Of a stretch of DNA of 64,000 bases, positions 51,567 through 60,955 are shown one piece after another. A model generated the notes under the pieces. It was given only the letters and a program-made list of their open reading frames with translations. It was not told the origin of the DNA and did no database searches. Origin of the DNA: an uncultured Methanoregulaceae archaeon (GTDB lineage: Archaea; Halobacteriota; Methanomicrobia; Methanomicrobiales; Methanospirillaceae); contig OY970061.1 in NCBI GenBank assembly GCA_963705255.1, forward strand, positions 1,664,001 through 1,728,000. The letters are read 5' to 3'. A program made the translations under genes and the position numbers. Every line of letters begins with the position of its first letter. Within the stretch, counting starts at the first letter, position 1.

Positions 51567-51881
51567 TTACTTATACGCCCGCCGGGAAAATTCGGCGATG
51601 AGTTCATCGAGGTGGGAGAGGGCCATGTCATACTTGTCCACCATCCGCGTGGAGATCTCCTCGAGGTTGGTGCGCAGCATCCGTTCGCGGGTGATGACGC
51701 TCTGTTCCAGCCTTCGCATCTTGACCTGGAGCGAGAGGAAGAGCCCCCCGATTGCGAGCATCATCAGGGCCGCAGCGATCGCGATAGTGAGGTCCTGCCA
51801 GAACCGGAGGATGAGGACGAGCGTGGAAACGACCATGACGATGGTGAGGAGGATATCAACAAGGTACTCACGTATCTCCAT
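51567..51881 (-). CDS. Small two-TM coiled-coil hypothetical protein
   Basis: Two hydrophobic helices followed by a heptad-like tail; co-oriented directly upstream of fen. Confidence 0.7.
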   Translation of the reverse strand: MEIREYLVDILLTIVMVVSTLVLILRFWQDLTIAIAAALMMLAIGGLFLSLQVKMRRLEQSVITRERMLRTNLEEISTRMVDKYDMALSHLDELIAEFSRRAYK

Positions 51882-51938
51882 GCTTTTAGATGATGAGAGC
51901 ACACTAATTAATCTAACGAACTCAGCAGAGACCAGACC

Positions 51939-52838
51939 ATGGACAGAAAAACCCTCCTCCCGTTTCTTGCGATGCCGATCCTCCTCCTCGCCGTGGAGAT
52001 CGGGGCAATCCTCCTCTCGCTTCCCGTGCAGGCCGCAGGCATCGTGGCGTTCCAGAACCCCACCGATGTCGTGAACCCTCTCATCTTCATCGCCATCCTG
52101 CTCGCGTTTACCGCGCTCCTGCTGGTGCTGATACGCTACAACCTGAAGAAGGTGATCGACGCGGTCATCAAGATATCCTTCTTCCTCACGTTCTGCTACA
52201 TCTTTGCGGCGCTCGTCTATGCTGCCATGGGCGCAACCGACCTGGCAACCGTCCTCGTGTTTGCCTTATCAGTCGTCGCTTCGGTTGTCCTCTTCAAGTA
52301 CCCGGAATGGTATGTCATCGACACGCTGGGTATCCTGATCGGCGCAGGTGTTGCCTCGATATTCGGGGTCTCCCTCGACATCCTGCCCGTTGTCATCCTC
52401 CTCACCCTGCTCGCGCTCTATGATGCGATCTCCGTGTACAAGACAAAACACATGATCACCCTTGCCGAGGGGGTAATCGACCTGAAGACGCCCATACTCT
52501 TTGTCATCCCCAAGCGGAAAGACTACTCGTTCATCCGGGATGGGATCGGAAAGCTGGGCGATGGTGGCGAGCGGGCGGCATTCATCATCGGCATGGGAGA
52601 CATGATCATGCCCTCCATACTCGTCGTCTCGGCCAACGTTTTTCTCAAAGGGTGGAGGCTGGCCGGGATCATCAACCTGCCGGCTATTGGGGCGATCATT
52701 GGCTCGGTTGCCGGTCTTGCGGTACTGCTGCATTTTGTCACGTCCGGAAAACCTCAGGCAGGGCTGCCCCCGCTGTGTGGCGGGACGATCCTCGGGTTCC
52801 TGATCGGATGGGCGGTTATGATGGTGATGGCCGGGTAG
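51939..52838 (+). CDS. Presenilin-family intramembrane aspartyl protease (PSH)
   Basis: 'YDAISV', 'GMGD', 'QAGLP' motifs; ~9 TM segments. Confidence 0.95.
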   Translation: MDRKTLLPFLAMPILLLAVEIGAILLSLPVQAAGIVAFQNPTDVVNPLIFIAILLAFTALLLVLIRYNLKKVIDAVIKISFFLTFCYIFAALVYAAMGATDLATVLVFALSVVASVVLFKYPEWYVIDTLGILIGAGVASIFGVSLDILPVVILLTLLALYDAISVYKTKHMITLAEGVIDLKTPILFVIPKRKDYSFIRDGIGKLGDGGERAAFIIGMGDMIMPSILVVSANVFLKGWRLAGIINLPAIGAIIGSVAGLAVLLHFVTSGKPQAGLPPLCGGTILGFLIGWAVMMVMAG

Positions 52839-52845
52839 TGCCCGG

Positions 52846-53156
52846 GACTTACTCTCTCCCTGAAAAATAACTGTAGTCGAAGACTACGTCTTCTCCAGCT
52901 CTTGCTTTCCTTCGAAAAGTAATCGCTCCTTAAAATGCCCAGTTTGGCAATCGGAGCCCGATCTGAGAGGTCGGTTTTTGGAGGGTCGCGTTTTTTCGCG
53001 AATTATAGAACAGTGATTTCGAGATAAGGCTGTATTGGGGTTATTTTTCTGATTTGAGGGGCATTTCAGCCTCTGAAAAACGTCTAATTGTTGCCTTTTG
53101 GATGATCCGGGAGCCGGGATCCTGTGGAAAAGGCCGTCCGGGGAAATGGCAGGGGG
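52846..53156 (+). repeat. Long non-coding direct repeat, copy 1 (with ~53-bp hairpin insertion)
   Basis: 52956-53156 aligns without gaps to 55245-55445 (~30 mismatches in 201 nt by hand count); the shared 5' block GACTTAC...TGAAAAATAACT starts at 52846. Confidence 0.9.
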
Positions 53157-53248
53157 TGGGATCTGTGTCCGGATGGGAGAATTACGTCGGAAAGAGAGCG
53201 TATCGAATATCTTTAAGCTCTTGCCGCTCCTACTTGGGATGCAGTACC

Positions 53249-53337
53249 TATCACTGATATGTTTATTATACTATCATAAAATACTGATATCCCATATCAC
53301 TGATAACTTTATCAGCCTATCAGTAAATACTGATATA
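53249..53337. promoter_or_regulatory. Operator-like array of TATCA/TGATA palindromes with 23-bp period
   Basis: TATCA at 53249, 53272, 53295 and 53318; TATCACTGATA twice; perfect IR TATCAGTA-AA-TACTGATA (53318-53335) just before the ATG at 53342. Confidence 0.7.
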
Positions 53338-53341
53338 GCAT

Positions 53342-54358
53342 ATGGCGAAGCTTTCCCCTTATGACGCTGAACTGGTTGCGTTCCTCCGCTCGGAGCTGCA
53401 CTTCAGTGAAGACGCAGTGATAAAGCAGGAGAGTTCATTCAACGAAAATTATCCAATCCGGTTCGATCTGGTCGTCGAAGACAGACGGAAAACGTTCATC
53501 ATCGAGATTAAACGGATAGTCAGGTCTAACCGAGCTATCCCAGCTGGGTTTTCTGAAACACCTTCTTGCAGCTGACCGGATTGACATCGATAATGTCGAG
53601 TTTGTCATCGCAGGAAAACGGGTGACGAATGAGGCTGTGTCGGCCGGAGAAAAGATAGGCATCCGGATCATCCGGCTGCCGGCGGAAGCAGGTGTTACCG
53701 ATCAGGAAGAAAAACCGGGCGCACTACCCGTAAAAATCACGGCGGTCAAATCCTGGCAGGTCATATCCCGGCTCCTGATGATGACCCCTACCTCTATCCG
53801 GCAACTCGCGATGGCTTCCGGTGTCTGGTACGGCTGGGCTCATGCGACGGTGAAGAGCCTGATGGAAAAAGGGATCGTGTCCGATATGGGCGGATCCGTA
53901 AAGATTACCGATATCACCAAGCTCCTGAATGGCGTTGCCTGGGAACGCCCCTTCGAACGGCTCTTCTTCCGCGAGATACGCATCGCGGCCGACAGCCATA
54001 TAGCGCTTGTACAGGAGATCGGTTCCGTGTGCGAAGAGCATACTATTTCCTGCGCATTCACCAGTTTCACCGCCGCGGAATTGTATACGCATTACAGCGC
54101 CCGGCATGATTCGGTATACCTGTACGTCGAAAAGCAGAAGGCCGGGACGCTGGCGGGCATGTTCGATCTCCGTAATGAAGGAGGGATCGCGGTACGACTT
54201 TATGCGCCGGACCGGGATGTTTTCAAAGACCGCAGGACCTATACCGTACCGAACGTCCCGGTTGTCTCGCCGTCCCAGGCGCTCCTGGATTGTGCCGGTC
54301 TCGGGTACGGGGCCGGGATCTCACGCTGAAACTGGTGGAAGCCTATGGCGGAATATAA
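53342..54358 (+). CDS. REase-fold + winged-HTH + AbiEi-like protein (putative type IV antitoxin; indels near 53525 and 54312)
   Basis: N-terminal 'FDLVVE...IIEIKR' and 'FVIAGKRVTNEA...GIRII'; HTH 'SIRQLAMASGVWYGWAHATVKSLMEKG'; C-terminal 'AFTSFTAA' and 'VVSPSQALLDC'. The corrected end overlaps the next start. Confidence 0.65.
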
Positions 54359-55106
54359 TCCCGCACGAACTATTATAGACGCTTCGCGGGAAGAGCTCGG
54401 GTGGATATTCCGGTGGGTCCGGGATCATGGCGAAGATCTCGGATCGCCGGTTACCGTTCTTATCGGCGGATGGGCAGTCTATTGCTATAACCCGTGGTAC
54501 GGATCCGTTGACATCGATATCGTCACCAACAACCGGACACGGCAGCATCTCATGAAATTCCTCCGGGATTCACGGGGTTTTGTTCGGCAGCGCCACCCGG
54601 TCATCCGCAACACCGTTGTGAAAAATTCGCCGGAAGGGGCGATCCTCATCGATTTCGGATCCCGGGATGATGTCTGCCATTTCGAGGGAAGCCACGAGAT
54701 CTGTCCGTTCTCGCTCCTTGACGGCCAGACAGAGATCATGAGGATAGATACGGAGGAAAATTCTGTTCCGGTTGTAGTACCGACCCGTGCGTTGCTCGTT
54801 CTCTATAAGCTCAAGGCGGCATGGGACCGATCGCACCGTTTGCAGACAGCCACTTCTCCAGATGCAGAATGGGAACAGGCAAAAGTCCGCAAAGACCTGG
54901 CAGACATTCTTGCCCTTCTGGATCCGGCGGCAGGAGGAGCCGATATCGATGTCCACTACCTCGGTTCACGACTCAGTGAATTTCCGTTTCTCATGGGCGT
55001 GCTGCAGGAGATCCAGCAAAACAGCGAGGCGGTTGCGATGTACCGGAGGTTGAGCCCGGTGCAGGCCCGTGAGGTTGTCGCCCGGTTGTTAAGCCTTGTG
55101 AGGTAG
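54345..55106 (+). CDS. Pol-beta-superfamily nucleotidyltransferase (AbiEii-like toxin)
   Basis: 'VLIGGWAV', 'GSVDIDIV', 'LYKLKA', 'KDLADI'. Confidence 0.8.
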   Translation: MAEYNPARTIIDASREELGWIFRWVRDHGEDLGSPVTVLIGGWAVYCYNPWYGSVDIDIVTNNRTRQHLMKFLRDSRGFVRQRHPVIRNTVVKNSPEGAILIDFGSRDDVCHFEGSHEICPFSLLDGQTEIMRIDTEENSVPVVVPTRALLVLYKLKAAWDRSHRLQTATSPDAEWEQAKVRKDLADILALLDPAAGGADIDVHYLGSRLSEFPFLMGVLQEIQQNSEAVAMYRRLSPVQAREVVARLLSLVR

Positions 55107-55187
55107 CGAAGGCCGCAGTCATATTCTTGGGGGGATCTTTTTATTACCGTCGACGTGACCCCCCACCCCCTTTTCCGGGGTGGCCTC

Positions 55188-55445
55188 GACTTACAATCCC
55201 CGTGAAAAATAACTCCTCAATTCAGCCCCCTTTTGGCAAAATACGCCCGATCTGAGAGGTCGGTTTTTGGATAGTCGCACTTTTTGGCGAATTACAGCCC
55301 AGTGATTTTGAGATACGGCTGTAATGGGGTTATTTTGCTTATTTGAGGGATATTTTGGCCCCTGAAAAATGTCTCTTTATTGCCTTTTGGACGATCGGGG
55401 AACTTGGATCCTGTGGAAAAGGCTGGCCGGGGAAATGGCGGGGGA
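55188..55445 (+). repeat. Long non-coding direct repeat, copy 2
   Basis: See copy 1; both carry the hairpin CCGATCT-GAG-AGGTCGG within an identical 27-nt block. Confidence 0.9.
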
Positions 55446-55500
55446 TCCCGGATCTGGGGTTCGGGATCGGGGAAGGTGGGAAAAAAATAAAAAACCCGAG

Positions 55501-56647
55501 TTACTTCGGTGTACCATAATCGAAAAGAGTTTTCGGATATTGTTTTTTACTTATCTCTTCGATGACTTTCTTGGTAGCCTCTTCTTTGGCTTTCAGATAA
55601 GACCATTCAGCGATGAGTTTCTCTTCCAACGATTTTGCGACAGTTTTAATGTAATCCCCACGACAATTCAATCTGAATGAATTTTCATCCACCGTTGTCA
55701 GAAGATCATACTTTTTGCCATATTGTATGACTTGATCCATTTTACTTTCAATAAGCTGTTTTTTAACTTCATCAGGAGCACCCAACGATATATATCGCAT
55801 CAGGGCTGCAAGGAATGTCGAGTGTTTGATTATTTTTGGATCCCCATTATTACCTATTGAGAATTGTTTCGCGTAGCAATCGCCCACAACAACCATTTTT
55901 AAAATTCTATAGGGATGTGATGAATAGCAACACGGTAGATCGAAACGATTTCCATGATCACTCTGACCAGCACCGGTTAGAAGTAATTCCGTCAGTTGAG
56001 GATTTTTATGAGTGTGTTCGTGATGAAGCTGAATAATATCCGATCGCGGTCGGTAAATCCATAAAATAATTTCATCGGGATCGTATTTTTGAGATTTTTT
56101 TGGCTTTTTCGATTGACCTTTCAGGGTATCGAGTATTTTTGACGAGTCTTTGTCATACACGCAAAGAACATATTCAATATTCTCGATATCAAGATCATCA
56201 CCAATACATTCCGATAAGTAATCGATTTTTTCTGCCACCAATTTTTTCGCGTTTTGAATCTCAATCAGTGCTTTTTTTGCTTCGGATATGGATGACTTAC
56301 AGCTGAATAAGAATTGCCTGATGAGATGTTTCATTGTAGAGCAATAAATCAAAACTACAGTTTCCTTTTTCCTCACTCCCAAATTCAATAAGTGGTTCTG
56401 CAAAATAGAATTCGTACCCAGTTTTTTTTGTAAGTTCCGTATTTGCGAACGATTTTGCACATAATCTAACGATATCCTGGTGAGCTTGGTCGGTTAGAAT
56501 ATCGTTGTTTATTCGTTCTTTAAAAGCAGGAATATTGTACTTGGTCCATTTATCAACAGATTGGGAAAATACCTCCTTTTCTTCAGGTGATAATTTCTGA
56601 ACAAAAGGGATTGGTGTGTCCATAGTCTTCTCAATGAACTCAATCAC
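55501..56647 (-). CDS. AT-rich hypothetical protein with putative PD-(D/E)XK-like nuclease motifs (indel near 56300)
   Basis: ORFs 56297-56647 and 55501-~56300 join as 'FYFAEPL...SFDLLLYN...AILI-x-CKSS'; GTGA overlap with the upstream gene. Confidence 0.55.
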
Positions 56648-57723
56648 CCAACTACTGCCATTGAATCAACCGATTCAGGTACAAATTCAAAAAATCGCAT
56701 GTATGTGCTGATACCTGTTCTCTCTACGGGATAAATGCGAATACCACTCCCGTGAATGGAAATATCAAACAGCGAACCGGACATGTTGTCAATCACTCTT
56801 GCTGAAAAAGGTGATGCTGTTGATACTTCAGAATGTTCGAGTAAAGTGAAATCCCATTCGTCCTGCTCGATGTCCTGTTGGATATTCGGAATTACCGATT
56901 CATTGAATGAACTTGAAAATGCAACAGACCATGGGGTTTGGATAGTCCTTTCAAATTGTTTCTTGCCGACCTTTGTTAAGGAATATCCAGATGTTCCAAT
57001 TGCATCTTTGAGGGGGCGAATATGCTCGACGAGACGTTCGATTATATCAAAGACACTTGTAATGTCTCCTTCTTTAATCGTGATGATACCCTTATTATCA
57101 ATCCTGAAGGAAAGTTCGTTAGGTATCCTGATTTCGAGGATTTTAGGTAAGACACCGTAATAAAATTCCATTTCATCAAGTGTTTGTTTGCCGTCAATCC
57201 CTCGATAAATAATGCTACGTTCAATATTCGGTCGGTAATGTGACGATATTCTTGTATTGGGGCTCCTCTTTGCAGAAAAATAGGTTATTATCAGATCTTC
57301 ATGTTGTTTGATTAAATCATCCTTAATTTCTTTCATGATATGCGGTGAAATCCAGAGATTTGAAAGATCCCTTGTTTTTCGTAAATAATCAAATAAAATG
57401 TCTGGAATTTCATCAGACTTTTTTGCATCCGTAAGAAATAGGGGAATGTGATTCCTGTCATCAAAAAAAACATAAAAATTGACAATATCCTTTCCGTGAG
57501 CCTTTGACACCCGTAATAATTTGCCAGCGTCTTCCTCTGTTTTGAATCCATAATTTGTCAGACTTTCGACAAACTGCCTATAAGTGTCATGAGTTGACAC
57601 AGTTGGAACTAATTGGATATTCCAGAGGTTTGTTCCATCTGACTGAAGATTACTCAAGTATTCCACAAACTCTGATATATCTAAAAAATTTTTGTCCCTG
57701 ATGTTGAGGAACGTCACTGGCAT
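56644..57723 (-). CDS. AT-rich hypothetical protein (~360 aa), no family recognised
   Basis: Long intact ORF with globular composition, translationally coupled to the downstream gene. Confidence 0.8.
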   Translation of the reverse strand: MPVTFLNIRDKNFLDISEFVEYLSNLQSDGTNLWNIQLVPTVSTHDTYRQFVESLTNYGFKTEEDAGKLLRVSKAHGKDIVNFYVFFDDRNHIPLFLTDAKKSDEIPDILFDYLRKTRDLSNLWISPHIMKEIKDDLIKQHEDLIITYFSAKRSPNTRISSHYRPNIERSIIYRGIDGKQTLDEMEFYYGVLPKILEIRIPNELSFRIDNKGIITIKEGDITSVFDIIERLVEHIRPLKDAIGTSGYSLTKVGKKQFERTIQTPWSVAFSSSFNESVIPNIQQDIEQDEWDFTLLEHSEVSTASPFSARVIDNMSGSLFDISIHGSGIRIYPVERTGISTYMRFFEFVPESVDSMAVVG

Positions 57724-58161
57724 CACCACGCATCATATTGTTTTCTATTGGGATAGTATATCTCATTATAATAATTGTAGTTTTCTAAAAGAATGCGAAA
57801 GTGTTTTTCTGAATCTTCTCTGGTGCCACCCACACTTTCCCAATCCCGGCAAACGCCTTTTCAAAACGCTCAGCTCGCGTCCCAATATAGGAACAGCGTT
57901 GGTGAAAACTTCGGCCCGACACCATAATCACCGGAAGAACCAACAAACCGGATCCTCGCAGAAAGAAAACACACACATCATGATATCGCCGTCAACGTCC
58001 CTCATGCAACCGTCTCGGTCGCCAACTTCCAAAGTACGTCGGTTTTTTTCATTTCAGTACTAGCAATCCTCCACAAGCACAAACCCCATGATTATAAATA
58101 TTAGGTTACAAATAGGTAGGTAGATAGTTAATTTGTAAACTATCAGTTTTTTGGTGAAGGA

Positions 58162-59227
58162 ATGAGCCTGGGAGAGAGCATCAAGTCGAGGAGACAGATT
58201 CTCAGGATAACCCTGAGAGGCCTTGCGGAACAGATCGGTGTTTCGCACACGACTGTTGACAAGTATGAAAAAAACAAACTGGTCCCGGATTCACAATCCC
58301 TGATCAAATTGAGCAAAGCCTTACAGATCCCCATCGCATCCCTGCTGAGGCCGGAGAGCCAGCAGATCCAGCTGAATCATATTGCGTTCCGGACCAGGAA
58401 GATGCTGAAACGGGACGAGAAGCAGATCAACGCCGAGACGAAGGAATGGCTGGAGCGGTATCTCCAGATAGAGAACCTGACCGGACGACCCCGGGTCTTT
58501 GAGATGCCCGCAGGTTTCCCACGGACCATCTCTTCGTTTGAAGATGCGGAAGAGGCGGCACGGGATCTCCGGGCTGCGTGGGACCTCGGGACCGACCCGA
58601 TCGAGAACCTGACGTACCTGCTGGAAGACAAAGGCATCAGGATCGGGATCATCGGCGGAATTACGCAGTTCGATGCATTGTTTACCGAGTATGCCGACCA
58701 CCGGATCATCGTTGTGAAGGATAATCTTCCGCGTGCCCGCCAGCGGTTCTCTCTCGCCCACGAACTCGGGCACTGCCTTCTTGAAGCTGGAGGCGGGCTC
58801 GATGAAGAGAAGGTGATGCACCGGTTTGCCGGCGCGTTCCTCGTTCCCCGGGAGAAGGCATTCTTCGAACTGGATGAGACCCGGCATAAATTTTCCATCA
58901 AGGAACTGCTTATCCTCAAGGAAAAATATGGGCTCTCGATGGGAGCATGGCTGTTCCGCGCCATGGACCTTGGCATAATCACTCCGGAGGATTATCTCGG
59001 TATCCGGAAATTCTTTACCGCGAAGCACTGGAACCGGGAAGAGCCTGGCGATGACGTTGCAAAAAGAGAGAGACCGGCCCTCATGGAAGCGATGGTACCT
59101 GAGGGCCCATGCCGAAGGGATCATTTCCACATCGAAGGCTGCTGAGTTATTAAACCAGAGCCTCAGTACCTTCTGTTCAATAGACGGGGAATCGGATATT
59201 GAGTGCTCAGCAATACTATGTACTTGA
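58162..59227 (+). CDS. XRE-HTH + ImmA/IrrE (M78) Zn-metallopeptidase (indel near 59098)
   Basis: HTH 'LRGLAEQIGVSHTTVDKYE'; 'RQRFSLAHELGH'; 'E...HRFAGAFLVP'; C-terminal 'EGIISTSKAAELL' in a shifted frame. Confidence 0.92.
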
Positions 59228-59708
59228 TACAAATACGATAATTGACCTGCACTTTGGAAAGCTGCTCCATAAAGTATTCCAATTGCCCTGCAAATTTTTA
59301 GTAACCGATTTGTTGCGGGAAGAGCTGCTCAACCCCCCTTTTGACGCGCTGGCGGAGATGGGGCTGATCGCTGAACCGCTCACCTCCGAAGAGGTCGGCG
59401 AGATCCCGGTGATGATGGGGAGATATCCCAAACCGTCGTATTATGATATTTCCGTCCTGATACTTGCGAGATCGAAAAATACGATTCTCATCACCGGCGA
59501 TGAAGCCCTGCGCAATGCGGCAGCGGATAACAGTGTGGACTGTCGTGGCACGTGCTGGCTGATTGACTACCTCGCGAACAAGGGGCTCATCACCTGGTCC
59601 GAAGCGATCGCCGCGTATCATGTGATCGTGAAGAAACCAAGATATCCCCCGAAGGATGAATGCAAAGCTCTTCTTATGATGTGGAAACAACGGCAAAAAC
59701 TGGAATGA
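59199..59708 (+). CDS. PIN-domain protein (putative ribonuclease toxin)
   Basis: 'VLDTNTIIDL', 'SYYDISVLILA', 'LITGDEALRNAA', 'GTCWLI'. Confidence 0.88.
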   Translation: MSAQQYYVLDTNTIIDLHFGKLLHKVFQLPCKFLVTDLLREELLNPPFDALAEMGLIAEPLTSEEVGEIPVMMGRYPKPSYYDISVLILARSKNTILITGDEALRNAAADNSVDCRGTCWLIDYLANKGLITWSEAIAAYHVIVKKPRYPPKDECKALLMMWKQRQKLE

Positions 59709-60001
59709 AGAGAGTACGTAATTGATCGGAGAGTTCCGTACATTTGGTTCTCAGCTCCGAACATATACCGTGGGAGGTCCGTTCATTTACATGAGCCCGT
59801 TATGCTGAGCTATATAATATCTCGCTGCCGGCACGTTCGAGATTTCCCGGTAGTTGCTGCACGGATCCGGATCGATCGCACCCATAGGCAATCACTACAG
59901 GAAGCACACTGTTCTTTTTATGACCGATAGACGTTTGTCACAGAAATCGTTTAAGAGTCCAGGACAATCTTCAGACTATCAGGAAAAATGATGGTGAATG
60001 A

Positions 60002-60943
60002 ATGAAAAACTGGATAAAATCATTAACCGCCCTGAATGTCCTCCTCATGCTGATGATCGTGCCGGTTGCAGCATCCGTAGCATTCACGCCGAGTTCCCCA
60101 CAGACGATTGCGAAGGGCGATACATTTACGATCAGCGGCACTAACTCGACAAACGGGACGGTCGCCATCTGGGTTATCGGCAGAAATTATTTCCGGGTAT
60201 CGACCGCCGTTCCGGATAAGACCGGGAATTTCACGATGATCGTCATGCCTGAAGATACCGGGCAATTTTCGAGCGGGCAGTACGCCTTCGTGATTCAGGA
60301 TCCTGGTACGAATGGAAAAACCGAGATCAAGTACCGCATTGCTCAGAACGGGAATATTACTATCCTGAACGTGGGAACCCCTATCACAGATATCGGGCCG
60401 AAGCAGGATATCAGGGCGAACGCCGCGCCGGTTGTGGAAAAGCTTCAGGCCGTCGCAACACTTACCGGCGTTGACGATATCTTTACACCGTATTACTTCT
60501 TTGTCGAAGAGCCGTCAATCCATTTCGACCAGAAAGCCGAAACAAATCCTGACGGACAACTTCCAAACCAGACCTCCGGCGAGAGGATCTTTTTTTCAGG
60601 AACGACGAACATGGGCATCGAAAATCCCCTGCATGCCGATATCCGGAATCTCGCTACAAACACCCTCATTCTCACAAAGACGATCCCGGTAATCGCAGGA
60701 AGTGAGAAGAACCGCTGGTCGTTCAAGCTGGACGAACCGGGGCTTCCGCCCGGCGAGTATTACATCACGGTCGGCTGGATGAAATCGAATACGACCGGCA
60801 CGGGATCCGCGATGTTTACGGTCGTGGAAAAACCCGGCTTTCCTCCCTCAAACGATAGCGGTGCGATCCCGCTTTCGGTCGTCATCGGAGGCGGGATACT
60901 GCTTGTCTTCGGCTTCGTCGTATTTGCATATTGGAAGAAATAA
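60002..60943 (+). CDS. Secreted, C-terminally anchored surface glycoprotein (Ig-like; DUF3821-related)
   Basis: Signal peptide, 'GDTFTISGT', 'GQYAFVIQDPG.NG', 'SGTTNM', 'PGEYYITV', many N-x-S/T sequons, C-terminal TM plus KK. Confidence 0.75.
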   Translation: MKNWIKSLTALNVLLMLMIVPVAASVAFTPSSPQTIAKGDTFTISGTNSTNGTVAIWVIGRNYFRVSTAVPDKTGNFTMIVMPEDTGQFSSGQYAFVIQDPGTNGKTEIKYRIAQNGNITILNVGTPITDIGPKQDIRANAAPVVEKLQAVATLTGVDDIFTPYYFFVEEPSIHFDQKAETNPDGQLPNQTSGERIFFSGTTNMGIENPLHADIRNLATNTLILTKTIPVIAGSEKNRWSFKLDEPGLPPGEYYITVGWMKSNTTGTGSAMFTVVEKPGFPPSNDSGAIPLSVVIGGGILLVFGFVVFAYWKK

Positions 60944-60955
60944 CCGGGTTTTCAT

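Noticed and set aside
57785-58060. Short ORFs between the AT-rich operon and the XRE gene
   Set aside because: May be a degraded gene fragment, but no family could be recognised and no consistent reading frame could be supported.
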